Origin: Paragordius varius
Lineage: Eukaryota > Animalia > Nematomorpha
Direction of reading: 5' to 3'
DNA: 64,000 bases
Assembly: GCA_964247055.1 (NCBI GenBank)
Contig: OZ176051.1
Coordinates: forward strand, 9,300,001 to 9,364,000
Both the position numbers and the translations under genes were made by a program. Numbering within the stretch: position 1 is the stretch's first letter; every line of letters begins with the position of its first letter. Of this stretch, positions 12,401-27,400 are shown one piece after another. The notes under the pieces were generated by a model, which ran no database searches, was not told the origin of the DNA, and saw only the letters and a program-made list of their open reading frames with translations.

Positions 12401-15400
12401 TTAACATTTTGGGAAGAGAGTGGTATGTTTCCGCTAATCACGACTTGATAAGCATCGCTATTGGGATACATGTTCATGACGGAAGACATGAGATTACCTA
12501 AAATTCAAAAATATAAAAAGTAATCATTAAATATTGCTTATATACAGTTTAGAGTCTCTTTTTTTCCTTTTTTATCAAAGGATAAGGACTTAAATTGTAT
12601 CACATATAAAGGCCTTAACACTCGCCTGCCCAGGGCTGACAGTGATGATAAAAAAATGCGTAGTTTTCTGGGTTCGAACTCTGACACTCAGTGTAAGAGT
12701 CCGGCGCCCTACCTACTATACCATCACGCCTTCTATATTAAATATTGCTTAAACCAATCAAAAAAAGTTTATTATAAACTGTCTTTTTTTCTAGAGGCAT
12801 TATCCGAATGGATTATAAATAAGTTATTAACAGACTTCGAACTTAATAAAAGACGTGATGATAAAAAACTATCTGATTTTCAACATCTTAATGTTTTGCG
12901 GACTTAAGCATAGAAAATTATTATTAACCTTCTCAATGATTTTATTTAATCAAATATAATTTGGTAAGAAGTCATCATATATCTGGCATAAAATCAAAAG
13001 GCTAAGATTAATCAAAAATGAATAATTGATACTAACAGTGTAATGGATAATGTCAAAATTAACGATCCAAAGTTACAAATTGAAAAAGGGTAAAATATAT
13101 TTAATATTGGATTTAAAATTATAATGCAAATAGAGTATAAAACTGTGATAATTAAATATCATTTGCATGAGAAACGTAATACACATTATACTATTCACGA
13201 ATAATTGAATTTTAAAAATTTGGAAAATTTTACCTAAAATAGTTTGCAAATTATTATTATTGCTGTTTTCATTTCCAACGCCCGGACCACCAAGTGTTGA
13301 GGAATCCATTGTCGCGTTTATATCATTATTAAATGGTGGCAAGTTTTGGAAAAAGGGGGGTATATTTTGCATACCAGTAGGACCTCCTTGCATATTATCC
13401 AACGTATTGTTTAAATTTTCAAATGTTGAAGTCATCTATAGTGGTCACAAGAAAGATAAATAATAAAATATAATAAATAAAAGACATGTTTTTTCAGGAA
13501 TGATAGAATAAAAACTGAAATTATATAGATAAAACAAAAAAATATAAAAGACAAGCATTATTAATAATATAAAACAGCCCATACTTTTTATCATACCTTG
13601 AACTGTTATATAAGTACAGTTTTGGCATATAGAGTGTTTAATATATTTCTTATTTTGGGACCTCAAAATATAGTATATTTAAAAATGAGGTTAAAATAAT
13701 ATGGGCGCCTTATCAAATATTTTTTGTTATTTATTTAGGTTTTGTCTTTTTTATTTGAATTTTACAGCACGAGGCGATATTAAAAACCGAAATAAACCCT
13801 AATCAATGGTTTATATTTAATATAAGAAAAAACTAAATTTTGCAAAAATATTATAACTTGAGACTATTGTAATAATTATTAAATGTACCTGTTGAAATAA
13901 GGGTCCCATAAAATCCATACTATTTGGTTGAATGCCACCAGTTTGTGGTATTGTAGTATTGGGTATATTTTCAACTAATAAAAATATGATATCGGTATAA
14001 GAGAAAATATGCAAATATTTCTATAAACAATGTAGCCAAATAAGTAAAAAAATATTCAGATGCAGAATAAAATAGATAAGGGGTAAATTTTGTAAAAAAA
14101 TTTTCGCTATTATCTATACAATACAATTATAAAAATAGGGTTAAAGGCCTATAAATCCATATTTAGCAAACGACCCTAATCATGTAAACTAAAGATTTGG
14201 TTAAGTTTATTTTTCAAATCGCGAATTTTTCTTACATAAAAACTATATTTTATCCAACCTATTTTTTAGCCCAAATTATTATTTATAAACTACACTACTG
14301 TATGTACATTAAACTATACCCAATGGATTGATTGGTCTTTCATCATATGCAACAGAAACTACAGGAGGAGGAGGTCCAGCATTCGATCCCGCCGAAATGG
14401 TTGGATTTAGGCTTGGGATAACGTACGAATCCTCAGCCCCATTATCCTATAAAATTATTATTTGTAATTGCTCTAAATATCTCAACAATCTTAATATGAC
14501 CGTTTTGCATTACATCTACTTATCAAAAATGCAAGAAAAAAATCAATTTAATTTGATAATACGTGATAAAAAATTATAATTTGGTTCAATATGAATGGAC
14601 AATGCTAAAAAACACAACAATTAGTTGATTTAGCCCAATTATGCCTTTTATTTTCACAACGTAAGAACACTCAAAAATTATATTTTCAAAATTTAAGTTA
14701 TACTTTGTTTTTTAATATAATTAATATTTTCAACGATTAAACAGTTATTTTACTTTGAAATTGTTCATTCAAATATATTTAAATTCAATTTTTTAATAAT
14801 AATATATATGGTAGCATTTGTAAATATTGATTTTTTCATATGAATTCGAGATGCTAATTTAGATATAAAAAAGTATTTTATCAATGTTAGGCAGAACACA
14901 ATGAGAAAATTATACATGTGCCAAAAATAAATATATGAAATGTTTTTAAATAAATGATAATTATCTGCATGTAGTATGAAGAACATAACTTATCACTCGC
15001 TGATTTTTATTTTTGTTCAAGGGATATTTTAAGAGATACTGTTAAAAGGGATATTTTAAGAGATACTGTTAAAACATGGAGTGTTGACATTTGGTCTTCT
15101 TTGTCGAAGAAAACATTTTTGAAATGTAAATTTGAACACCACAATAAAGGGTCATTGATGAAACCGAAGAAAAATATTAATAATTATTAAGGGCAAAATA
15201 TCGCAATTAAATTTTATTATTGCATAAATGCGCACTGTCACAAAAATATTTATTACAATATACATGTTGTAACTTCTAAATTAATTAATCGTTGAGAATA
15301 GCCTTGAGCTTTTTTGATTTATGATTAAAATACCCAATAATGAGTGTCTGATATATTGCTTTACATGTTTTGCGGTTGGAGGCTCAATTTTTCGTTCGTC

Positions 15401-18400
15401 TAGATTAAGGATGTGCAACCTTTTTAACTCTAAAAATCCGAGGGCCGCCTTTAAAATAATTTATTAGATTTCAAACATAATGTTGTAAAAGAAAAACCAT
15501 ACAAAACTTTTAGATAGACTCATTTAAGAAACTTTATGAACTGTATATTATATTAAGATTTGGTAAGTACACTATTGCAAATTCGCGGGCCGCACTTAAG
15601 GTCTCGGGGGCTGCGAGTCGGACACCCTCCTAGATCAGGGCTTCTTAAACTATGGGCCGCGACCCCATTTGGGGTCGCGTAGAAAAATTATGGGGTCACG
15701 AGTGATAAAAATACAATTTAACAAAAAATGTTTTTCCTTTCTCGAACGACACTGTCAAATAGATTTTCTGATATTAACAAAGATAAATTATACAACTTAT
15801 GACAAGAATTAAAGAAAGCCCAATATTTTCGGTTCAGTTGGACGAAACAACAAATATAACTAAATTTGCTCAGTTGTTAATATAAGTCAGGTATCCTTTT
15901 AAAAAAAACAAGGAGGAAGAATTGTTATTTTGTTGTCCTATGGAGGACAATACTAGAGGGAAAGACATATGTAAAGTTGACGAATTTTAGAAGCAGGAGG
16001 TTTAAAATGGAAAAATTGCTGTGGAATATGCACAGGTGCAAGAGCGATGACGGGCAAAAATATTTGGGTTTAAATCATATTTTCAAGCTGTTTATTATGA
16101 TCATATAACTTTAATTCATTGCCTGAACCGAGAGGCTCTTGCAGCAAAAAAATAGCACCAGAATTGAACGATCTGCTTTAGGATGCTGTTAATGTCATAA
16201 ATTTTATTAAGAGCCATGTCCTAACAGTCGCTTATTTTCAAATCTCTGTAAGGATACGGATTCCGAATACACAACTTTGTTATTACATGCAGAAATAAGA
16301 TGTTGTCAAAAGGTCAAAGTTTATCATTTATAAAGGATAAGATCGAAATATTTATATCAAAACGAAAAGTGAATTTGCTGCTTTTTTTCAAAATGACTTG
16401 TGGCTATCAAAGCTGTGTTATTTGCCAGATATTTTTGCGAAGTTTTACGATTTTAACTTGTCTCTCAAGGAAAATTGCGGTATAATTATTCCAAACGATA
16501 AGAAAGTTTTATTAAAAAGATCAGCATTTACAAAAGTAGGGTCGAAAAAAAATCGTTTAAGTTTTCCAGTGTCGACAATTTTGTAATTGAGAAAATTTAT
16601 TAACTTTTATTGCAAAAACTTTTGTAGATCACTTAAAAGTACTAGAAATACAGTCCGGACATATTTTTAAATATTGATTTACAAATAAATGTTTGGATTC
16701 AAAAGCCGTTTTATTGGCTTAAGTGCAAATGATCATCTGCCATTTAAAGCTCGATCTGAGCTTTCGTGGACTCAAACTTAAAACTACGATTCCAAAAACA
16801 GCCCTTGACTGAATTCTGCGGAACTAGAACTGAACTTCCCACAATCGCCGATATGGTGTTATAAGTACTTTTGCCATTCCATACCACATATTTTGTGAAG
16901 TTATTTCTCAGCTTTCACATTAAATCCCAATATCGTTCGGCGATAAAAATTTTTGAAGAGGTCTTAAATCAAGCAGTTTTAAACATTACACGAAGATTTG
17001 ATTTGATATGCAATAAAAACAGGCACATCGATCTCATTAAATTTTTAACATAAACTATTTTACATTTACCACGCAATTGGATATATTCGAGAGAATTAAG
17101 ATGATCAGAATCCACTTTTGTTTGTAAAAATATAATAAAAACATTTCTATAACATTGTGTGTAAATTTTTTCATGTTTTAAAACGAATTCCAAATTTATA
17201 TATTTTAATATGCATATGTATATTGTTGCCTAAAAAAATCATCAAAAAATATTAATTTATTTTCTTCTATATTTGTTGGGGTCGTTACGCAATCATAAAT
17301 GGAGTCGGAACAAAAGTTTAAGAAGCCCGGGTCTAGATCGTCTGTGATTGATTTCTGAGATGTTTTATAGAGACGACCTGGTAGAGCCTTTGAATTTATA
17401 TCATAATATTGCATCTTTTTCAGGATATTATCAATATCTTTACTAACTACGTCTTAACCATAGTCTGGTTGGAATTATATGATCACTTGGATTAATTAGA
17501 AAGATTATGTATGCGTCTGTTGTATTCCAATTGTATTTGGTTAGGTCCAATACATAAAGAATTTTTTCAAGGTTTCTATCTTACGCTCATAAGAATTTAT
17601 TTTTATATGTTTTACTCAGCGGCCAGGCTTTTGCGCCGTATTAAATTGTTTTTTATAATGCATGATTGAATGGTATGGTTAAATGGTATTTTTTTGTATT
17701 TTCTCTATATCCTAGAGAGGTATTAATGTACCCGAGGTATATCAAGGAATCTACTTTTTCAATCGCACAGTTTACGAATAAATGGTTTGGTATTTTGAAT
17801 AGGTTTTAACTTAAAACATGATTTGCATATGAAGTTTGGCCAAGGGAGTGCACCCTAGAGAGTTTGATATATGACATTCGAATTCTACAAGAGTATTTGT
17901 TTTTTTATGAAAAAAAATGAAATTCAAAAATATCCTTAATTTTCGTTATTTCTTGGATAATTTGTTTAAGAGACAGTTTATGACGGAGGAAAGAATTAAT
18001 AAACTTTAAAAGATTCTGTATGACAAGAAATCTTTTCTCTTGTTGATTTTTAACTTAAAAGAGATGGCGGCTTCAGGTAAGCTTAAGTTTTTCAAATTTT
18101 TTAAAATGTAAAAGGTATATGTTAAATAATCAACTATTTTCAAATATGATTTATTGATATTTGCAATTCTTTGATATTTTATTTTATTGAACAATAATAT
18201 TTTTACAAAAGCCAAATTGATGAATTTTTAAAATACACATAAACGAAATATCGCTTTAATATTAATTTATTTTTAGATTTAATGGTAATTTTTAATTTTT
18301 ACCCAATTCAAAATGTAAATATTTCCATTAAAATAATTTCACAATTTTGCTACACGTTGTTTCGGCTTCTGTATTTTATTTACTTTTCTATTTTGAAATT

Positions 18401-21400
18401 TTTATTGTGTTCCTTTTTTGTATTTAAACAAACTTTTAACTCAAACTTGCATATACATATTCTTTTCATTGCTATCTATCCTGCATCATTTTTATGGCTC
18501 ATTCCCATGAAATATTTTTCAAATCAACATTATTAAATTTCGACCTGTTTTTTATAACATAATATAAATTATATTTTTATTTTTTAAAAAAATTACATAA
18601 TATTTAAACATGAATTCAGAGGATGACTAATGCTAAAGCTTTAAAAAATGGGAAGAAAAATTCTTTGTCGTTTTAAATAAAAATGTTGTTACCACATTAT
18701 TGGTTGAGAAAAACTGCAAATATTTTACTATTGATTCTAGCACTGAATTGGTTCAACACTTCAATGTGCTCTCTTCGTATGATACTGCGACAACATAATC
18801 AACAAGAATTAAATTTTTTACCTATAAATAATTCCACGAAAGGAAGCGATTTTATCGAAATAGGTGGCGCTTTTTTCGATAATGGTATATACAAAAGATC
18901 TGCACTGATGGCTGTCCCTTATGATTGGAATAAAAAAGGATTTATTTCTCTTTTGAAAAAAATATAAATTTGCAAAATATTTCATCCTTTCACTACTTTA
19001 TTCATCAGCAAAACTTGGTTTCGCGTGTAAAAGATGAATCACTCAATTCAGTAATTGAAACGGTAGTGGATATAGTTAACCACATCCGTGGCAGAGAATT
19101 CAACCGCCGTAAATTAAAACACCTTCTGAAAGATATCCACAGAGAGTTTGATGATAATCCTTTGTACACCGCTGACAGATGGCTAAGCCTTAGTAAAATA
19201 TTAAATAGATTTTTTATTTTAAGACATGAAATTCTATTATTTATAAAAGATAACAGAAAGTTTGACGAAGAAATTAATAGTGGCAAATGGTGGGTTTATT
19301 AGCCTATCTTTGCGACATTATCTATAAACTTAGTATTCAAAAACAAGTCTTCAAGGGAGCAAAATAATAACCCAATTTGCTAATCAAATATTTGCTTTTG
19401 AAGAAAAAACAATATACAAACAAGATTTTATAAATAACTCTTATATTTTACAATGCTTAATGGAAGAAAATATGGACTTTACCGCGGAGATTAATTTAAT
19501 ACTACAATTGTTTAACATTTTTATCTAATGGGATGAAAGTCAGATTTCAAGAATTAAATATTTAAAATTGCTCATCGACGAAAATCCATGGCATATGAAT
19601 ATATCCAATATTAAGCAACTTGAGCATTTCGGTTTTAACCAGGCGCATATTATTGAAGAATTCGTATATGTTAATAGGGATTTCAAAAGTCAATATTCAA
19701 AGCGAATCTTAGAGAAGAAAATATGTAGAGTTTTGGCAAGACGTGCCAAATAAATATGAAAATATAAAAAATGTGGCTCAAGTTATCCCAACTGTTTTTC
19801 CCTCAACTAACACGTGTGAGATGGCATATTTAAAAATGAAGTATGTCAAGAATACATAGAGAAATCGCTTAACCGATGATCATTTGGATAGATTGGGTGT
19901 CATGAGGCGAAACCAAATTTGTCAAAAGTTATTGGTTAATATAAAAAAAAATGTTGTTATCAAAATTTTTCAATTTAAACTAAATGGTGCAAAACGAGTT
20001 TTTAGCTGGATATACATACAATCCGAAAAAATTGATTGTGCTGATAGAGTATAAGTATGTGCATATCGCTGTGTGCAAAAAAGAGGGTCATTTTGATTTA
20101 ACGAAAAAATTTTTTTTTCATGAGATAGCTTATGACCAGCGTATTCATTTGCCGCAAAATTTTTTATTTGTTGACAACCTAGTTTTTGAAATATCGAGAG
20201 AAAATCGAAACTGGGCAAAAAGTGAAAATTAAGGATAATTCAAAAAATAATGATAAAATCTGAAATATTATCGTTTATTAGCATTTTAGGAGATATTTTC
20301 AATATATAAATAGCCCTTAATCATATAGTTAGGATTTCTCTAAAATTTCAGGTCAAAAGATGGCCTTTTTCTTTTATCACATGTAAAAGACAAAAAAATT
20401 TTAATGAAACTATATTAAAATAATTTTTTTATTTATTTACTACCTAAACTCACTATTAAAATCTTAACATTCGTATTTTATACAATAAAATAAACTTGTA
20501 AATCAAAATAAAACCAAAAATATTGTTTATTTTTGCATTTTTTTGTCATTTGGTTTATGAGTACATAAAAATTTATACTGTTTTATTTTGGATTCTTACA
20601 TGATTAGGCATTATTAAGTATACAATTTATGCAAAATAGGACCAACAATCCTTACAATTTCCTGTAACAAGTCTGTTTTATGACAAATTAATATTTGTAT
20701 TGGGATTTGTACGAATTTTTGGTTAAAATTCCACTAATTTTAAATCCTATTTTGCATAAATTATATACTTAATAATTCCCACTCATTTAAGAATCCAAAA
20801 TAAAACAGTAAAAATTTTTTATACGCTCATCCAAATGACAAAAAGATGCAAAAATAAAAAACAATATTTTTGGTTTAATTTTGATATAGAAATTTATTTT
20901 TCTGAATAAAATATGAATGTTAAGATTTTAATAGTGAGTTTAGGTAGTAAATAATTAAAAAAATTATTTTAATATAATTTCATTTAAAATATTTTCTCTT
21001 TTAAGTGTGTTAAAAGAAAAACGCCATCTTTTGAGCTAAAATTTTATAGAAACCCTAACTATATGATTTTAGGCTATAAGATATTAAACCATAATATCTA
21101 AAATCATTATTTTTTTAATGATCCTTAATTTTCACTTTTTGCCCGATTTCGATTTTCTCTCACTATTTCAAAAACTAGGTTGTCAACAAATAAAAATTTT
21201 TGCGGCAAATGAATAAGCTGATCATAAGCTATCTCATGTAAAAAATTAAATTTTTTTTTGCACACAGTGTATGTGTTAAATAGCTATGGAATATTTGCCA
21301 TTATAAGGTTCATGGCCCTCAAAAAATTTTGGACTTCTTGGGGGGTGGGGGAAGGGGAGGGGGGGGCGCTATTTGAAAAAGGGATAATAAAATGTGATCC

Positions 21401-24400
21401 ATATATAATCTCATAGGATTTACAAAACGGTGCTTCATAGAATTTTCAGAACTGGGCATTCATACTAAGATATTGTTTACTGGCGTGAAGGCCCCAAATT
21501 GACAGACCGAAAAACCGCTATACTATAATTTTTACCTTTTTATTGGTATTATTTAAAGCCTTTATTGAACTTGTATGGCTTCTTAAGTTTTTTGAAAATT
21601 AGCTCCAAAGCCAAGCCATTTTGGTATGGCGTCTCAGTTTTAAACCGGTTGACCCCTACCCACAGACCTATATGAAAAAAGCGCTGAGTTAAATTCTTTG
21701 GCTATTAATCGTTATATGATGGCATATTTTTAGGGCATAAAAACCCAATATTAAGGCTAATAAAAATCACCTCACCTTAATTCTTACCTTATGGGTAATA
21801 TTTTAAGCTTTTAATGAGCTCCAAAACAACGCAAATTCTATATAGTGGCGCAGTTTTTGGTAGGTAGGTCCTTACCCAGGGGCAGGTATAAAAAAGCGTT
21901 GGGCAAAATTTTGCCTTATGGGGAATATCTGGAATTATCATGGACTCCATATGTCCCATAAGTTCTTTAAAATAATGCTTCAAAACTAAAATTTTCTTCT
22001 ATGGCGGCGCATTTTTCAGTGCCTAAAACTTTACTTAACGACTCATTGAAATAACCCCTATACTAAAATACTTGTTTTTTAAGGGATAATAAATATTTTA
22101 GGCCCTTGTTGTACTCACATAGTCTTATAAATTTTCTGAAATTTTCCAAAGGCATGCTGTATCGATATGGTGACGCAGTTTTACACAGGTACCCCCTAAC
22201 CAGGGGCAAAACGCTGGATTTTTGCCTTAATTCGGGTAATATCTGGAATCATGATTGATTCCATATGCTTTCGTGGGATTATCGAAATATTGCTAAATCA
22301 AAAAGTCATCCTATGGTGGCGCATTTTTCAGGGCAAGGGTCTAATTAACAGTTAATTTAATACGCCCACTCTACTTGAATTTTTGCCTTTTTACGGTAAT
22401 ATTTTAAGCCCTTATTGCAATCATATGGGTGATAAGTGTTCTAAAATTTGCCTCCAAAGTCACGTTGTATAGATATGGTGGCGCAGTTGTAGGCGGGCAG
22501 CCCCCTACCCGGCCAATATAAAAAAGACGTTCAATAAAAAAATTTGCTTAAAGGGAATAATTCGAATTTATCGTTCATTCCATATTCTTGATAGTTTTTG
22601 GAAAAATTGCCTAAAACTAATTAATAGTTCAATGATAGCGCATTTTTTAGGGCGTAAAGGACCTAATTAACGACTAATAAAAAACCGCTCGTCTAAAATG
22701 TTTGCCTTTTTACGGGTAATATTTTAGGCCCGTATAAACTTTTATGGCCTGCTAAGGTTTCTGAAAATTAGCTCCTAACAACGCAATTTCGATATGGTTA
22801 CGTAGTTTTATGCGGGTAGCTCCCTACCCAGAGGCTGATACAAAAGAAACACTGGATTAATTTTTTTTGCCTTTTTACGGAGAATACCTGAAATCATGAT
22901 TGATTCCATATGCTCTCATTAGTTTTTGAAAAAATTGCCTCAAAATTAAAAAATTATTCTATGGTGGCGCATTTTTCAGGATAGGAAGGGCCTAATTAAC
23001 TAATTTTAAAAAATCGCACGATCCAAAATTTTGCCTTGTTACGGGTAATATTTTAAGCAGCTATGAAACTCATATGGCCTGATAAGTTTTCTGAAATTTA
23101 GCCCCAAAGGCACGCTATTTCGATAAGAAGGGGCAGTTTTTAGCGGGTATCTCTATACCCAGCAGCCAATATAGAAAATACGCACGACTAAAATTTTTAC
23201 TTTTCAACAGGGAATACCTGGAATCCTTATTGAATTTTTACTGTCTCATACTTTGGGCAAATAGCTTCAAAAAATTATTTTGTGGAATGGTGTTAAAAAA
23301 ACCATTTTTTTCACAAGGTGGGCCCGAACTGGGGGCCTATTTCAAAAAAGGGCGAAGCTATTGTCGGGGCATTCATTAATGATTATATTTTCCATAAATT
23401 TGGATTTGAATGGGTCTACTGGTTTCGGAAACAAATCACAAAGACAGCATTTTCCGTTGTTATTAATATATAGATTTATATTTGGCTTAAATTTTTTCTT
23501 TAATCTCATTGTGTTTAAAATTATAAATAAAATACCTTTGTTTTGGATTATCAATTCGAATTCATATGTTAAAATAATATTGACAAATGCCAATATATAA
23601 TAAATTTTTCAGAACAAATAAACTACAAAAAGTGATTTTTAATCCATAATGTAATAAACATAAAATTAAAGATAAAGGGCTTAATTTAAACAAATCAACT
23701 AAAATGGGTAATTAAAATCTATCCATTCAAAATGAGTCATGATTTGAAAATAATATTTAATTAATAATATTTATATCAAATAAAAGTTTTATATTTTATA
23801 TCACGTATTATGAAAATAAATTGATTCCGATTATAGATTTTTATAATGTCAATTTTTCTCGCATTTTTGATATGTAGATGTCACAACAGTAATATTAAGC
23901 TAGATGTTATATCTAAAGCAAAGTTATACCTGAATTTTGCACACTGTGTTATACTAAAAGTTACGACTCAAATTTGTGAGAAATAATTATAAGTTTTCGA
24001 ATAAAAAGATTATTGGAAATCGTAAATAACAAGTGTACGAATGTATTATTGTAGACTTATATCACTAATATTATTATTCAAATAAACAATGTATAATTAA
24101 AGAAGTAAAGACTCATTTTTATAAAAAACAAAAACCCTAATCTAACTCGCCTTTATGCAATACAAGGTAAAATAAATTATTGATTTTCTTGTAAATTAAT
24201 TATGTCTTATGTGAATATGAGATTCAAAAAATTGTACATTTTTAGAGATTTTTTTGAAATTATTAACGTATGAAATTATACACAATATTTCAAAACTTTC
24301 GGTTAATATCATTCATTCTCTTTAAGCAAAATATATTTTTTAAATATAAATTCTATTTTTATTTTTTTACGGATAATTTTTATATGCAATGAAGCTATAA

Positions 24401-27400
24401 CTGGCAGATCAAATTTGTTTAGGATATATTAAAAAGAAGCGGTTTTTTCCCCAAAATGATATAAAAATCATATTATTGGTTTAATGTGCATTTTTACAAA
24501 AGATATTATAAAAAGTTTTATAATAACATTTCAAGAAAAAAAACTCCAATAAACTTATTTAAATTATTTATACAATTATAAAACTAAATATTTTTAAACA
24601 AAGCTTTAATAAATTCTGTTTTGTGTATCAACAAAAAATGAAAAGGACAAATTTTACCCCTGGGCGTATCATAAAATGATGCGAAAGACATGGTAATAAT
24701 GAATCTTGCCTCCCTGGTGGAAATAAATTCGATGTGGTATTAGTAAATGCATCATTGCGATTAAAAGCACCCCCGCTAAAACCTCGGGGGGCCGAAGATG
24801 GACCCCAACCTGTCCGAGGGTCAACATTACTTAATCTATAAATTATAGGAAAGTAAGAAATCACAGACCTTATTTGTCCTACTTTTTTTCGCACATATAA
24901 AAAAATTCACTTTAGTTGGATCACAGTAATAATTGACAAAATATCTGAATAAAAAATAAAACTCAATTTTAAACAGCCCTGTATCCGTCAAATAGCGATT
25001 TTAACTGTAAATTTTACAAAAAGGGGAAACAAACCTTTTATTATTTGTAATTAGATTGAGCCCAAGTTTTCATTTACACAAAGATCAAAAAAATTCTAAT
25101 TCGGGGGAAAATTTAAAGCTATATTAATTTGCACATGATGTCTTTACAAAATGTTATAGAAAATCAGATCGTAACATCATACAACGTAAACAATTGAAAC
25201 TTAAAATCAGCCAATATAAATTTGATTTCAAATTAAAAATCTACACCATGCCGAAAAAAAGAAAATAAACCTTTGAGGAAAGAGTATAGTTCGTCGAGGT
25301 CGAGCAAAAGTCATTGTTCTAGGAGTTCTATTCGCAGTATTGGAATTATTGGGACCTTCTTGCCGAAACCAAAATGAACGTCTAGGAGGGACACTATGCG
25401 TTCTTTGTCTCAAACCGTTATCATTCCCATTATTGACGAGATTTGCGTTTGTGTTAATAGCAATGGGGTTATCATTCGAAGAAATGGTAGAGTTATTTGT
25501 CGAAGTAGCCTCAGCTAAATATACGGCAATTATTATGTTATATAAAAATATGAAAACAAAGACAAAAATTAGGGTTAGGTTTGATTAGTTTCACCATTAT
25601 GACAGTAATTGTATTTTTTATGGTTTAAGTTTTATACAATTGTTTTTTATTTATTTTCTTTTATGATTGCTTTTTCAAAAAATACCGGTCAGACCCAGTG
25701 AGACCATAGTCATGACCATGGTCATGATTACTTTTTATATAAAACTATAAAAAATTGTAATATTAACAAAAATATTTGCTTAATTAATTTAAGTATTTAA
25801 CATTTTTTTGTGATTATTATTTACATATATATTCAATCAAATTTAATCAAGAATTTTGTTTCCAATAATATTAAATGTGGATGTAGTATAAATAAATTTT
25901 GCCACATTATGGCTTTTTCAGACAAATACATAGATAGCTTTTAATACACTTTATATTTTATATGAAATTTTAACTAGTTTGTTTTACACCTTCTTTCAAC
26001 ATTAAATTAATATCGGAACAATTATAAGATGTTTTGTCATTTAATTTTGGTTTACATATATTAAATGATTGCATATTTTACATAGTGCTTGATTTTTTTG
26101 TGGTACAAAATATATAAACTGGATATGCGTAAATGCTAATGTTATAAGGATTCATGTTCACAATTTTTAATATATTGTTAAATATTCGATTATTTTATCT
26201 ATTTAAATACTTAATTAATATTTTTAAAGGTTATATTAAAAAAATTAATCTTACTAACTCATTCAAAAACGAAAATATTACTAGCAATTTTTCAAAAACA
26301 GCTGTTTTTTTAATGACCATGGCCAAAAAAAAAATAGTCACTGACCTGATGAGCGGGTCATGATTTGGTCAGGACAACCCTACTATTTCAAAAGCTAGGT
26401 CACTTTTGTTCAATACCGTTTATTATATAAATTGAATAAATAAAGATATTAAAAAGTTCAAATTCTAAGATTATATTAAATTTCTGTAATTGATGAAACC
26501 AATTTGATTGATTTTTTTAATTAAAGCATATATATATATATATGAATCCATGAAACACTTATTAAAACCAAAAAGCGGTCAAACCCGTTTATTATTATTT
26601 AGATTATTTAAGGTACCCAAACCAGGTCATTAATATACTCCAAAAATAATTTTATGAATTTTTTGCTAAAATTTTTTTTGCTTACCATTTGTTGATGCCT
26701 GACTCGTTGGATTAAATTGTGAAGAAATCATGACAACGGGTCTCCTCCCTAAAAAAAGCGAATTAAATTTATTAAGACATTTGTTTTACATAAAAAATAT
26801 TTTTAACGATAATTTACAATAATAATAATCTTTTGAGTTGCAATAGTATGAGGTAAATTGGTATTTTAGCGTTTCATAATAGGTAATCATATAGGGTTTT
26901 TAATGAAAATCAAGCCAATATGAAAAATAATAATCATTTACTTTAAATTTTGTTTTTAATTATAAATATATTATATATTTTTAAAGTTAAATGATATAAA
27001 ACTTAAAAAAATTTGTAAAATACCTAAAGAATATGCTCTGCGATTATTATTCCCATTATCATTTTGAGGGTTATGAAGAGATGTTCCGCGACCACCAAAC
27101 ATACCCGAAAACACGTCTAAATCAAATTAAATTATATAAAACTTTCGTAAACAAAATAGACATAAAAAATAAAGTAATGCATTATTTTTGAGAAAAAATT
27201 AATTCAAATTATATTATTCCATTTACAATTCAATTTTACCCTAAACTCTTGGTTTTTTTTGAACATTAGGCTTTAATCAACCTTTAAATAAAAAATGGAC
27301 CTATGAAGATAATTTTTAGTAAACGTTAATAAACCTTAAATCATTCTATTCCATCCGTAAAAATTAATAAACTGTTTATTAATTTAGAAAAACTAAAATA

